A stretch of 64,000 nucleotides of DNA from Parcubacteria bacterium DG_74_1 (GCA_001303125.1 LJNE01000001.1:81737-145736); one strand, 5' to 3'; positions 43,128 to 52,298 are shown, counted from the first letter of the stretch. Notes: a model not told the origin generated them from the sequence alone. A program made the numbers and translations.

Positions 43128-44219
43128 ATGGCTAAAAAGACAAGACTAATAATTTCAATAATTCTCATCGGTCTGCTGGCAATGGTTTCTTCGGCTTTGG
43201 CCGCCACCAGGAGTTCCTGGCCCGATACGCCAGGAGGCCATCCTTTCCCTGACGAGGGAATCCCGGAGCTGATTAGGTATTTTTATGAATGGGGAATTTC
43301 TCTCGGCGGATTACTAGTCTTTATTGCCCTTTTGATCGCCGGCTTCCAATATATGTCTTCGACCGGTAATCCGGCCATGATGCAAGAAGCTAAAGACAGG
43401 GTTAAGTCCGCCTTTATAGGGCTAGCTTTGTTATTAGGCTCCTGGCTAATCTTGAACACAATTAATCCTCAATTTACTCGCTTTCCCGAGCTTGTACTAG
43501 ATCTATCTAGAGTTGTCGAAACCACCACCTCAACCTTCGCTGAAAGGAGCCCCTACCCTTGTGAATGGGGGTATGTTTTTGCCTCAACATCTTATGCAGG
43601 TGCAGGGGGGTATATGGAGGCGGGTGAAACAGTCAATGAGAGCCATCCTGGAGGATATATATTTAGCAACGGTCCCCATCTCGACGAACCATTATCGGTA
43701 CAAGTCTGGCGACAAATTAACTGCTACGGATGTACGAACTGTAATGAAGAATACAATCCAGAAGATGAGCTAATGCTGCCAATAAACCAGGCGATTGCAG
43801 ATTGCGAAACCGACAAGTTAGCCGCGATGACGCCAGCTGAAATAGCCGCAGGGAAGCTCCCGTCTTGTAGCTCTACCGAAATCATAGCTTTAGTAGAAGA
43901 AGGGTTAAAGAGAAAATATGGAGGGGACATATTTGTAACAACAAATGACTCTGTGAAGGGCGCTGCGGGATTTTGTGATCCCTATAATGTTACGTCTACA
44001 ACTTTTGACATTCCCTATAGCATTACTATCCCAAAATACTTTATTAGCGATGGGAATTGTACTTTTCAGTTGGCTGTGGGTACCTTACCATGGGGATGGG
44101 GAGGATGCGGCGATAGAATTGCTGAAATCTATGGTACTTATCCTAATGTTAAAGACTATACTGATCGAGATGTAGAGTGCGTAACATTAGTAGCTACACC
44201 TCGGGGAAAGCAACCATGA
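43128..44219 (+). CDS. TrbC/VirB2-type pilin domain (N-terminal) with a Cys-containing C-terminal extension of about 250 aa
   Basis: Signal peptide ...SSALA/ATRS, TM helix 1 GGLLVFIALLIAGFQYM, then STGNPAMMQEAKDRVKSA, then TM helix 2 FIGLALLLGSWLILNTI, then a soluble Cys-bearing tail. Confidence 0.6.
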   Translation: MAKKTRLIISIILIGLLAMVSSALAATRSSWPDTPGGHPFPDEGIPELIRYFYEWGISLGGLLVFIALLIAGFQYMSSTGNPAMMQEAKDRVKSAFIGLALLLGSWLILNTINPQFTRFPELVLDLSRVVETTTSTFAERSPYPCEWGYVFASTSYAGAGGYMEAGETVNESHPGGYIFSNGPHLDEPLSVQVWRQINCYGCTNCNEEYNPEDELMLPINQAIADCETDKLAAMTPAEIAAGKLPSCSSTEIIALVEEGLKRKYGGDIFVTTNDSVKGAAGFCDPYNVTSTTFDIPYSITIPKYFISDGNCTFQLAVGTLPWGWGGCGDRIAEIYGTYPNVKDYTDRDVECVTLVATPRGKQP

Positions 44220-44232
44220 AAACCAAAATCTT

Positions 44233-46203
44233 ATGCAAAAACCAAATAAATTCTTTTTAATCGGATTAACTGCGGTACTGATTTTTTCTTTAGCTTTGCC
44301 CCAGTCAGCTTGGGCCGGCTTGATTCCCGGGCCTTTTGATTATTTTGATATGGTATCCCAGAACACTGAGGAGGTTGCTGGCCCTATAATGGGAAAAATC
44401 TTGACTACTTTTATTTTTTACGTTACAGGCCTGATTGCTTTAAATGCCACAGCTCACATTTTAGATAAAGTAATCGTTGCGCAATCTACCTGGGTAGACC
44501 TGCAAACGCCTATGGTCCAAGAGGGGTGGCATTTTACCGCTGGCTTAGCCAATATGCTGCTAATATTAATTTTGATTTTTCTTGCCTTTCAGGTTATTTT
44601 AAAAATCGATACCGTTGCAACAAAAAAGATGCTGATTAAGCTCTTTATTGTTGCTCTTTTGCTTAATTTCAGCATACTTTTTATTGAAATGGCCCTGGAT
44701 GTTACCGATGTTTTTTACAATTCAATTTTAAACAGCGTAAAATCAATGCCCAGTAGCGACTCTCTTTTTGGCGCGGTGGTAGATGTCCTGACTGGAGGCA
44801 AATCAAAAATAATTAGGAACTTTACGGTAATGTTGGGGGGCTGGTTAATAACCTTTCTTATCCCAGGAGCCGGGGCAATAAGAGAATTTATTATCGGAAT
44901 CCTTTTTGTCTCCATGTATTTGCCCTTGATAATAGGATGGGCGATTGAAGCTATCTTCTTCTTCCTATTGTCTGGAGTATTCCTTATCTTTATTTTTGTT
45001 TTTACAGCTAGGGTATATATTATTCAATTTCTCGCCATTTTGTCTCCTTTGGCCTTTGTCTCTCTGATTCTGCCTCAAACTGAAAAATACTGGAAAGAGT
45101 GGTTTAACCATCTTGTTCAGTGGGTTTTTGTCGGAATATTTTTATTGTTTTTCTTGGCTCTCTGGTGTGCCGGCATCCAAGGCATAATACCGGCAGAATT
45201 GGATAACCCCTGGCTAGCGGCCATTCCTTTTGTAAGCTGGAGGGGGGTAAGTAAACAGATGTTATTTTACCTTATAACAATTGTTTATTTTGGAATTCTT
45301 CTCTTTGTTAGCAGAAGAGCCGTACCAGCCATAACCAACGAAATAACGGGCTTGGCAAGAAATATCGGAGCCACCGTATGGTCGGCCGGAGTAAGACCCC
45401 TCGCCAGAGGCATAGGAAGAGGGACTAGAGAGGTAGTGGCTGAGAGCCCCAGACTACAAAGGCTTGCAGAAAAAGAGGCTAGCCTTCAAACTCCGGAGTT
45501 AAAAGGGTGGAGAAGATTAGCAAAACCAGTTGTCGGCCCTCTTTATGCTTTAAGAAGAAAAACCGGATATACTCTTGGCCCAGGTGCAGTTGAGGCAAGG
45601 AGAAAGGATATTGAGGAATTAGAAAAAAAGCTAGCCGGACAAACAGTTGCTGCCCAGATGGCTACTTTCCGTTCAGCTAAAAATGACATCGAAGGGACTG
45701 CTGCGCTCAGGGCAATCATAAAAGATAATAACCTTAGGGAGGCTGAAAGAGATTTAGGGCTGTCTAACACAGAAATAGCTAGCACTTACTATGCGGCTAA
45801 AAAATATGACGCTCATAAAGACATCAGTAGCGCTAGACCCGATGTATTATCAAGGGTAATAACTAATATAGCGCAAAGATATAGGAAGCAAGATTGGGAA
45901 GTCTATAAGGACCGGATCGAGGGTGAACCGGAATCTGGCATTATTGGCCAGATGAAGCCAAATAGAGCAGGCCTCATCTCGGAAAAAGTTTTTACAAATG
46001 ATGACATTATGAAAGCTGCTATTATGAGCTGGGATAGCCGTCATATAGCAAAACTCTACGAGACACACGGTAGTGCTGGCGTCAAGGCTATAGAGAGAGC
46101 GATTAAAGGCATAGGAGGAATGGGGCAGCTCAAAAAAGTAAACCCTCAATTACATCAGTTTATTAAAGACACAGCTGGTCGAAGATTAGGGTTTAATCTT
46201 TAG
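44233..46203 (+). CDS. Polytopic membrane protein, VirB6/TrbL-like by position and topology, with a soluble C-terminal domain of about 270 aa
   Basis: Signal-like N-terminus, at least 7 hydrophobic segments up to about residue 370, then a charged C-terminal domain. It lies directly downstream of the pilin genes. Confidence 0.5.
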   Translation: MQKPNKFFLIGLTAVLIFSLALPQSAWAGLIPGPFDYFDMVSQNTEEVAGPIMGKILTTFIFYVTGLIALNATAHILDKVIVAQSTWVDLQTPMVQEGWHFTAGLANMLLILILIFLAFQVILKIDTVATKKMLIKLFIVALLLNFSILFIEMALDVTDVFYNSILNSVKSMPSSDSLFGAVVDVLTGGKSKIIRNFTVMLGGWLITFLIPGAGAIREFIIGILFVSMYLPLIIGWAIEAIFFFLLSGVFLIFIFVFTARVYIIQFLAILSPLAFVSLILPQTEKYWKEWFNHLVQWVFVGIFLLFFLALWCAGIQGIIPAELDNPWLAAIPFVSWRGVSKQMLFYLITIVYFGILLFVSRRAVPAITNEITGLARNIGATVWSAGVRPLARGIGRGTREVVAESPRLQRLAEKEASLQTPELKGWRRLAKPVVGPLYALRRKTGYTLGPGAVEARRKDIEELEKKLAGQTVAAQMATFRSAKNDIEGTAALRAIIKDNNLREAERDLGLSNTEIASTYYAAKKYDAHKDISSARPDVLSRVITNIAQRYRKQDWEVYKDRIEGEPESGIIGQMKPNRAGLISEKVFTNDDIMKAAIMSWDSRHIAKLYETHGSAGVKAIERAIKGIGGMGQLKKVNPQLHQFIKDTAGRRLGFNL

Positions 46204-46238
46204 CAACGAATAGTAGGGCTAGCAAAAATATAAAACGG

Positions 46239-46272
46239 AAGCGGGAAAACAGCAAGTGCTTTCCCGCTTTTG
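46239..46272. terminator. Bidirectional intrinsic terminator between convergent genes
   Basis: 10-bp stem aagcgggaaa (46239-46248) / tttcccgctt (46260-46269) followed by a T-run, with an A-rich stretch upstream. Confidence 0.65.
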
Positions 46273-46293
46273 GTTATACTAAATAACCTTTTT

Positions 46294-47331
46294 TCATTTT
46301 TTCTTTCCCTTCGCTTCGTCTTGCTCTCTCGCATGCCCCAGGGTCATTTCTTTCAGCTTTTTTTCGCTTGGCCTAGATCCTGTCGGCTCTTCTGTTGGTG
46401 TTGTCCTATTTTCCGGCAAGAGCTCTTCCTCTCCCGTCTCCCCTCCTTTTTTTTCTGCCGGCCCTTCTCCCAGTATAGTATTCCCTTTCTGCCATTGGGC
46501 AGCTAGCCCTGCTATATCGCCACCTCCTCCTTGCCAGACAACCTTCTGAAGTTTCCCTTTTTCAGCTACTAGGTGGTCCTGATAACGCTCGGAGCTAATT
46601 TCTTGCGCCTCGGAAGGGGGAAATCCTTTTTTTTCAAGGATTTCTGCTATCTCTCCAATTGCCAACAACTCGTTTGTCTTTGCCTCTCCTCGGTTTTTCC
46701 CTATGTCTTTGTCCATCCCCGTTGTGACAATCTCTTCTCTCTTCCGGGCCAGGGTGTCTTCAAAGTCAAAGTCCGCTATGGTAATTCCCCGGTAATCAAC
46801 CTTAATTCTTTGCAGGAACTCTATCAATTGTGGCGACTCACCAATAATTTCATCTATCTTTTTCACCAACAGTTCCTTTGCTGCCGTCTTTTCTGCCTTG
46901 CTTCCTTTCGGCGCACGCATCACCATTACTTCGTCGGGGGTTAATACGTTGATTGCACCGGCAAGTCTATGCTCTGCGATATCGCTGATTTGCTTCTCAA
47001 AGTCTGACGCCTCTTTCACGGTAGTTTTTGGTTCTTTGACCATAATCCATATCTGAGGACTGCTCAGTCTTATTCTTCCCCCTATAGCCAGGTCGACCGA
47101 ATGTTCTTTCTCTTCGCCAAAAAGAGGGATAGAGTAGTCGATGTTAGTTTTCACGCGGGCATAAACCTTGTCAATTATAGGTATCAAAATGCGGTACCCT
47201 GGCTTTTTCTCTATCAACTCTCCATTCCGATCCACTACCCAGTACTCAGGGAAAAGAACCCTCCTGATGAATGCCTTAGCTAATATCGCCAGCGCTATCA
47301 CCACTATTAATGGTATCCATATCTGTGCCAT
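46294..47331 (-). CDS. SPFH/band-7 (stomatin-prohibitin-like) membrane protein with a low-complexity acidic/Gly tail
   Basis: N-terminal TM IPLIVVIALAILAKAF followed by EYWVVDRNGELIEKKPGYRILIPIIDKVYARV, which resembles the SPFH core. Confidence 0.5.
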   Translation of the reverse strand: MAQIWIPLIVVIALAILAKAFIRRVLFPEYWVVDRNGELIEKKPGYRILIPIIDKVYARVKTNIDYSIPLFGEEKEHSVDLAIGGRIRLSSPQIWIMVKEPKTTVKEASDFEKQISDIAEHRLAGAINVLTPDEVMVMRAPKGSKAEKTAAKELLVKKIDEIIGESPQLIEFLQRIKVDYRGITIADFDFEDTLARKREEIVTTGMDKDIGKNRGEAKTNELLAIGEIAEILEKKGFPPSEAQEISSERYQDHLVAEKGKLQKVVWQGGGGDIAGLAAQWQKGNTILGEGPAEKKGGETGEEELLPENRTTPTEEPTGSRPSEKKLKEMTLGHAREQDEAKGKKK

Positions 47332-47470
47332 CTGCTTTGCCTCCTGTATTCAGTTTTAAAGCCCTAGGAATCTTTAATTTTCCTTGAGCAACAAAATTAT
47401 ATCATATCATAAAAACTTTGTCAACTTCTAGGCCGCCCGACTTACGACCCTCTAAAACCGTCTTTCTTGT

Positions 47471-47499
47471 TTGTCCCTTATTTGTGTTTGTGGTAAAAT
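47471..47499 (+). promoter_or_regulatory. Promoter TTGTCC-17 nt (TGg)-TAAAAT for the 47536-50836 operon
   Basis: ttgtcc at 47471-47476, tggtaaaat at 47491-47499. Confidence 0.45.
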
Positions 47500-47535
47500 C
47501 GAAAAAGAGGTAAAATAGTTTAAAAAACGGAATTT

Positions 47536-47997
47536 ATGCCAAAAGAATATACAAAGGAAGATCTCTGGAAGCTTTATAAGTTATTGCCCAAGGAGCTAAG
47601 GGAGGTAATTCTTTCTGCCGAGACGGCTAGTAGTATTCGCAGTGTTTGTGCCAAAAATGAAATTAATGAAAAAAAAATCCCAAGCATTGCTGAGTTAGTC
47701 GGCGAAGTTCTCCTTGGTATTCTACCGCCGGATGATTTCCAGGGCGCCCTTGAGAAAGATTTAGATCTCGAAGAGAAGACGGCGAAAAAGGTAGCTCTAG
47801 AAATTTTTCGGTTTATCTTTTATCCGGTAAAAACGAGTTTGGAAAAATTATATAAAACAGAGGTCAAGCCGCCAGCCAAGCCCTCAACTTCCTCTCCAGC
47901 AACCGGGCCACTGAAAGAAGTATTTTCAAAAGAATTAAGTCAAGAGAGGAAACCGGAGGGGACGGAAAGAGATCTTTATCGCGAACCTATTGAGTAA
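47536..47997 (+). CDS. Hypothetical soluble protein (153 aa), first gene of the VirB3/VirB4 sub-operon
   Basis: Intact ORF with an 8-nt overlap with the next gene. No recognised motif. Confidence 0.5.
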   Translation: MPKEYTKEDLWKLYKLLPKELREVILSAETASSIRSVCAKNEINEKKIPSIAELVGEVLLGILPPDDFQGALEKDLDLEEKTAKKVALEIFRFIFYPVKTSLEKLYKTEVKPPAKPSTSSPATGPLKEVFSKELSQERKPEGTERDLYREPIE

Positions 47998-48415
47998 TAT
48001 GCGATTTACCGTTCCTCAATTTATTGAGTATGAGACGAAATTAATCGGCCCCCTAAGTTTTAAGCAATTTCTTTTTATTGGGGCTGCTGGTGTTGTTTGT
48101 ATCGTTATTTTTTTCACAATTGGGAAAACCAACTTCTTTCTTTTTTTAGTATTATTGATAATAACATTGGGCGTGGGGGTAAGCTTGGCTTTCTTAAAAA
48201 TCGGTGGACGAGGGCTACCAACCGTTTTAGCTAATTTTATCCGCTTTAGCTTCGGCTCTAAATTTTACATTTGGCAAAGGAAGGGAGCGCTAGTAACCTT
48301 CTCCAAGGAAATGGAGATCAAGAAAGAACCAAAGAACGGTAAGCCCTTCTTAAAAACTACCAAAGCTAGCCGATTAAAAAAGATGAGAACTAAGCTAGAA
48401 ACTAAGACTAAGTAA
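47990..48415 (+). CDS. PrgI/VirB3-like small two-TM T4SS protein
   Basis: FTVPQFIEYETKLIGPLSFKQFLFIG followed by two TM helices. It lies immediately upstream of VirB4, as VirB3/PrgI does. Confidence 0.6.
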   Translation: MSNMRFTVPQFIEYETKLIGPLSFKQFLFIGAAGVVCIVIFFTIGKTNFFLFLVLLIITLGVGVSLAFLKIGGRGLPTVLANFIRFSFGSKFYIWQRKGALVTFSKEMEIKKEPKNGKPFLKTTKASRLKKMRTKLETKTK

Positions 48416-48416
48416 A

Positions 48417-49058
48417 ATGGCTCAAACGACTACTCAACAATTTTTGGAAATAGAGCAAATTAAAGGAGACGTGATCGTCCTAAAAAATAGATCCCTAAGA
48501 GGGGTGATTATGGTTTCTTCTTTAAACTTTGCTTTAAAATCAGAAGACGAACAAAATGCAACCCTTTATCAATTTCAAAGCTTTCTAAATTCTCTGGATT
48601 TCTCAATTGAAATCGTTGTCCAGTCGCGTAGGTTAAATATCACCGGTTATTTAGAAAAATTGAAGGAATTAGAAAGGGCCCAAGAAATTGAGCTATTAAA
48701 GGTTCAGACTAGCGATTACCGAAAGTTCATTGGGGACTTGATTGGCGGCGGCGCCATTATGTCAAAAAGTTTTTTTGCGGTTATCCCTTTTACCTTAATT
48801 GAGATCCCAAGCCTGAAGCCTAAGAAAAAACCCTTAGCACAAGAGGAAATCGCTACCCTTAGTGAAGAACGCTTCCAACAGGCCAAATCCCAGCTCTGGC
48901 AAAGAATGGAATTTGTGGCTTTGGGGTTGAGAAGATGCGGATTACAGTGCACCCCCCTAAATACTACCGAGTTAATTGAGCTTTTCTGGGGGCTATACCA
49001 TCCCGAAGAAGCCGAGGTTGGCTACTACCCGGAAATAGCACCGGAAATAACACAATGA
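48417..49058 (+). CDS. VirB4/TraE-type N-terminal domain encoded as a separate ORF
   Basis: FLEIEQIKGDVIVLKNRSLRGVIMVSSLNFALKSEDEQNATLYQFQSFLNSL resembles the N-terminal region of Gram-positive VirB4 homologues. ATGA overlap with the ATPase ORF. Confidence 0.5.
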   Translation: MAQTTTQQFLEIEQIKGDVIVLKNRSLRGVIMVSSLNFALKSEDEQNATLYQFQSFLNSLDFSIEIVVQSRRLNITGYLEKLKELERAQEIELLKVQTSDYRKFIGDLIGGGAIMSKSFFAVIPFTLIEIPSLKPKKKPLAQEEIATLSEERFQQAKSQLWQRMEFVALGLRRCGLQCTPLNTTELIELFWGLYHPEEAEVGYYPEIAPEITQ

Positions 49059-50836
49059 AAATACCTTTTTTAAAAAAGAGGCGGCAAATTCCGGAAAAGG
49101 TTTTTGAAACTACGGAAATTGGGATAAAAGACATTATCGCCCCTTCTTCAATTGTTTTAAGTTCTGACCACCTAAAGCTAGGTAACCGGCTTACTAAATC
49201 CTTTTTTATTTTTTCTTACCCTCGATATTTAAGTACGGCTTGGTTTTCGCCAATTATTAATTTGGATACACCAATCGACATCGGTCTTCATATACACCCG
49301 ATTGAAACCGGAGATACGCTAAAGCAACTGCGAAAAAAAATAACCGAAGTGCAAGTCGAGTTAGCCGAAAGAGAGAAAGAAAGAAAGATTAGAGACCCGG
49401 CCTTAGAAATCGCCTACCGCGACCTGGAGAACCTCAGAGATAAACTAATAACTGCCCAGGAAAAAATGTTTAAATTGGGCCTTTATTTAACTGTCTATGC
49501 GGATACAGAGAAGGATTTAAAAGAAATAGAAGGGACCTTAAGGTCAATCCTGGAAGCGAAATTAATTTATATCAAGCCGGCCCTCTACCAACAAAGGGAA
49601 GGGTTCAATTCTTGTCTGCCTTATAGCTTGGACCAAATACAGGTCTATACCCCAATGAACACCGAGGCCCTTTCTTCTGTTTTCCCTTTCGTTTCCTTCG
49701 ATCTCAGCTCCAACGAAGGAATCCTATACGGTATTAACCGTCACAACAATTCTTTGGTCCTTTTCGACCGCTTTAGTTTAGAGAATTCAAACTTCGTCGT
49801 TTTTGCTAAGTCGGGGGCTGGAAAGTCCTACATGGTTAAGATAGAAGTATTACGCCAATTAATGTTCGGCGTTGACTCAATCATTATTGATCCGGAGAAC
49901 GAATATAAGCTTTTGACTGACGCGGTTGACGGTTCTTTCTTCAACGTTTCTTTGGCTAGCCCTCACCATATTAACCCATTTGATTTAGCCTCCCCGAGAG
50001 AGGACGAAAATCCCGAAGACGTCCTAAGGACCAACATCCTCAACCTAGTTGGGTTAATGAGGATTATGCTGGGGGGACTGACCCCAGAAGAAGATGCTAT
50101 TATAGACCGGGCCTTAACCGAAACTTACGCCGCCAAAGATATCGCCCCTCAAACCGATCCTTCGGAGTGGCAAAAAAGAACCCCTTTAATGCAGGACTTA
50201 GAGACAGTTCTGGAGGGGATGGAAGGAGCTGAGAGCTTGGTCAGGCGAATGAGAAAGTTTACCAAAGGAACTTTCGGTCAATTCTTTAATCAACCAACTA
50301 ATATTTCAATGGAAAAACCTCTGGTAGTTTTCGGCATCAGAGACATGGAAGACGAGCTAAGGCCGATCGCCATGTTTATAATTATGCGATATATCTGGAA
50401 TAGAGTACGTTCTGAAATGAAGAAAAGAATTTTAGTGATTGACGAGGCTTGGTGGATAATGAAATCTGAGGATGGTGCTTCTTTCTTGTTCGGAATCTGC
50501 AAGCGGGCCCGGAAATACTGGCTAGGAGTGACCACTATCACGCAGGACGTTGAAGACTTTATGAAGTCAGAATATGGAAAGCCGATCATTACTAATTCTT
50601 CTCTCCAGCTTTTGATGAAGCAGTCACCAGCTACTATCGACATCGTCCAAAAAACTTTTAATTTGACCGACGAAGAGAAATATCTTTTATTGGAATGCGA
50701 GGTAGGAGAGGGAATATTTTTCGCTGGTAAAAAACATGTATCGATAAAAGTGATGGGTTCTTATACTGAAGATCAGGTTATTACTACCTCCCCGGAAGAT
50801 ATTTTAAAAATAAAAAGAGCCAAGGCCGGAGCCTAA
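49055..50836 (+). CDS. virB4: VirB4/TraC-family T4SS ATPase (C-terminal ATPase portion)
   Basis: Walker A VVFAKSGAGKSYMVK, Walker B RILVIDEAWW, and a downstream TTITQDVEDF block. Confidence 0.8.
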   Translation: MKIPFLKKRRQIPEKVFETTEIGIKDIIAPSSIVLSSDHLKLGNRLTKSFFIFSYPRYLSTAWFSPIINLDTPIDIGLHIHPIETGDTLKQLRKKITEVQVELAEREKERKIRDPALEIAYRDLENLRDKLITAQEKMFKLGLYLTVYADTEKDLKEIEGTLRSILEAKLIYIKPALYQQREGFNSCLPYSLDQIQVYTPMNTEALSSVFPFVSFDLSSNEGILYGINRHNNSLVLFDRFSLENSNFVVFAKSGAGKSYMVKIEVLRQLMFGVDSIIIDPENEYKLLTDAVDGSFFNVSLASPHHINPFDLASPREDENPEDVLRTNILNLVGLMRIMLGGLTPEEDAIIDRALTETYAAKDIAPQTDPSEWQKRTPLMQDLETVLEGMEGAESLVRRMRKFTKGTFGQFFNQPTNISMEKPLVVFGIRDMEDELRPIAMFIIMRYIWNRVRSEMKKRILVIDEAWWIMKSEDGASFLFGICKRARKYWLGVTTITQDVEDFMKSEYGKPIITNSSLQLLMKQSPATIDIVQKTFNLTDEEKYLLLECEVGEGIFFAGKKHVSIKVMGSYTEDQVITTSPEDILKIKRAKAGA

Positions 50837-51294
50837 AGACAGGGCTTGACCACTATTCTTCTTTCTGGCTCCTGCCCGACACTTTCAGTACTAACATCGG
50901 AACGGCTAGCTAAAGCCAAATGAATAATCCTTCTTTCGTAGGCCAGCATCGGCGGTAAGCTTTTTTCTTTTTTCGTCAGGGCAACTTCATCGGCCGCTGA
51001 GCGAGCCAGGTCTTCTAAATATTCCGACTTTTTCTTTTTATAGCCATTAATATCTAAATCAATAAAAAATGGCTCTTCTATTTTTTTTCTCAAAATCGCC
51101 CTTAAAAGATGGTGAATTTCGGCCAACGTCTGCCCTTGGTCGCCAATTAAAATCTGAGGGTCTTCAGCTTTTAGATTAATTGGCAGGGCTGAATCTTTTT
51201 GGGGTAAAAATTCTATCTCAACTTGAAAGGTAGTCTTCTGGAAGAACTCCCTGACGTTTTTTTTAATTGTTTCTAGGCCTTGTTGCGTGAGCAT
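50833..51294 (-). CDS. jag: Jag/KhpB-like KH + R3H RNA-binding protein
   Basis: R3H block YERRIIHLAL...ESVGQEPERRIVVKP. Conserved position after yidC. Confidence 0.75.
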   Translation of the reverse strand: MLTQQGLETIKKNVREFFQKTTFQVEIEFLPQKDSALPINLKAEDPQILIGDQGQTLAEIHHLLRAILRKKIEEPFFIDLDINGYKKKKSEYLEDLARSAADEVALTKKEKSLPPMLAYERRIIHLALASRSDVSTESVGQEPERRIVVKPCL

Positions 51295-51328
51295 GTTTTA
51301 ATAATACTAGTATTGGCCAGCATAAAAA

Positions 51329-52072
51329 TTAGCCCGAGTCAACCGAGGGCTGCTTCGCAAATACTAAATACTGCTGACCTATTGAAAATAAGGCTGTTAC
51401 TATCCAGTAGAGGCCGATGGCGGCCGGTAGCCGCAACAGAATAAAAAAAATGAAAACCGGGAAGAAATAAAGCATCTGTTTTTGCATCGTCCCAGAAAAT
51501 TTAGCCATCTGGTCGGAAGTTTTGATCTTTTTAACCTTTGGGCTAATGGTTTTAGTTTGAAAAAACTGGCAAACACCGGCCAGGACTGCCAAAATTAAAC
51601 TAGGCTGGGCCAGATTCAACAGCCCCAGGAACATTGGCTCTCCAGGGATACCAGAGAAGGGGACAAAGGAATAAAGAATCGTCGACTGGGCAGCCCCCAG
51701 GCCGTCCTTAAAGGCCATAAAGACCCGGAAAAGAGCAAGTAAAATTGGCATTTGAATCAAGAGAGGTAAGCAGCCCCCTAAGGGGTTAATCCCTTCTCTT
51801 TGGTAAAGCCCCATCATCTCTTTAGCTTGTTTCTCTTTGTCGTTTTTGAACTTTTCTTGGATTTCCTGAATTTTCGGCTGAAGATCAGCCAAAACTTTCT
51901 GAGACTTTATCGCCCGAGCCATCAAGGGGTAAAGAAGTAACCTGATTAACACAGTTAAAATAATCACGGCTATCCCGAGGTCCCGCCCTGGTAAATATTG
52001 GTATAGTAGAATCAGGGCATTGAAAAGGGGCTGATATAATATTGAATTGAAGACGTTGATTAGTATTTCCAT
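51329..52072 (-). CDS. yidC: Membrane protein insertase YidC (short form)
   Basis: GCLPLLIQMPILLALF and GLYWIVTALFSIGQQ blocks. Operon context supports the call. Confidence 0.85.
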   Translation of the reverse strand: MEILINVFNSILYQPLFNALILLYQYLPGRDLGIAVIILTVLIRLLLYPLMARAIKSQKVLADLQPKIQEIQEKFKNDKEKQAKEMMGLYQREGINPLGGCLPLLIQMPILLALFRVFMAFKDGLGAAQSTILYSFVPFSGIPGEPMFLGLLNLAQPSLILAVLAGVCQFFQTKTISPKVKKIKTSDQMAKFSGTMQKQMLYFFPVFIFFILLRLPAAIGLYWIVTALFSIGQQYLVFAKQPSVDSG

Positions 52073-52088
52073 GTTTTAAAAAATTAAC

Positions 52089-52298
52089 TTAAGGGAAGTC
52101 TATTCCTCCCGGATGCCAGGGATAACATTTGATTATTCTTCTTATCCCCTTCCGGATTCCTTCAAGTAAGCCATATTTTTCGATGGCTAAATAAGTATAC
52201 TCCGAACAACTCGGGTAAAACCGGCAATGTTCTATCAGGTTTGGCGATATCACGACCTGATAAAATTTGATAGTTTTTAAAATTATTTTTCGAAACAT
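52089..52298 (-). CDS. yidD: Membrane protein insertion efficiency factor YidD
   Basis: YQVVISPNL...[10 protein letters not shown]...[15 protein letters not shown]. The start is placed at M16 of the tracked ORF. Confidence 0.8.
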   Translation of the reverse strand: MFRKIILKTIKFYQVVISPNLIEHCRFYPSCSEYTYLAIEKYGLLEGIRKGIRRIIKCYPWHPGGIDFP

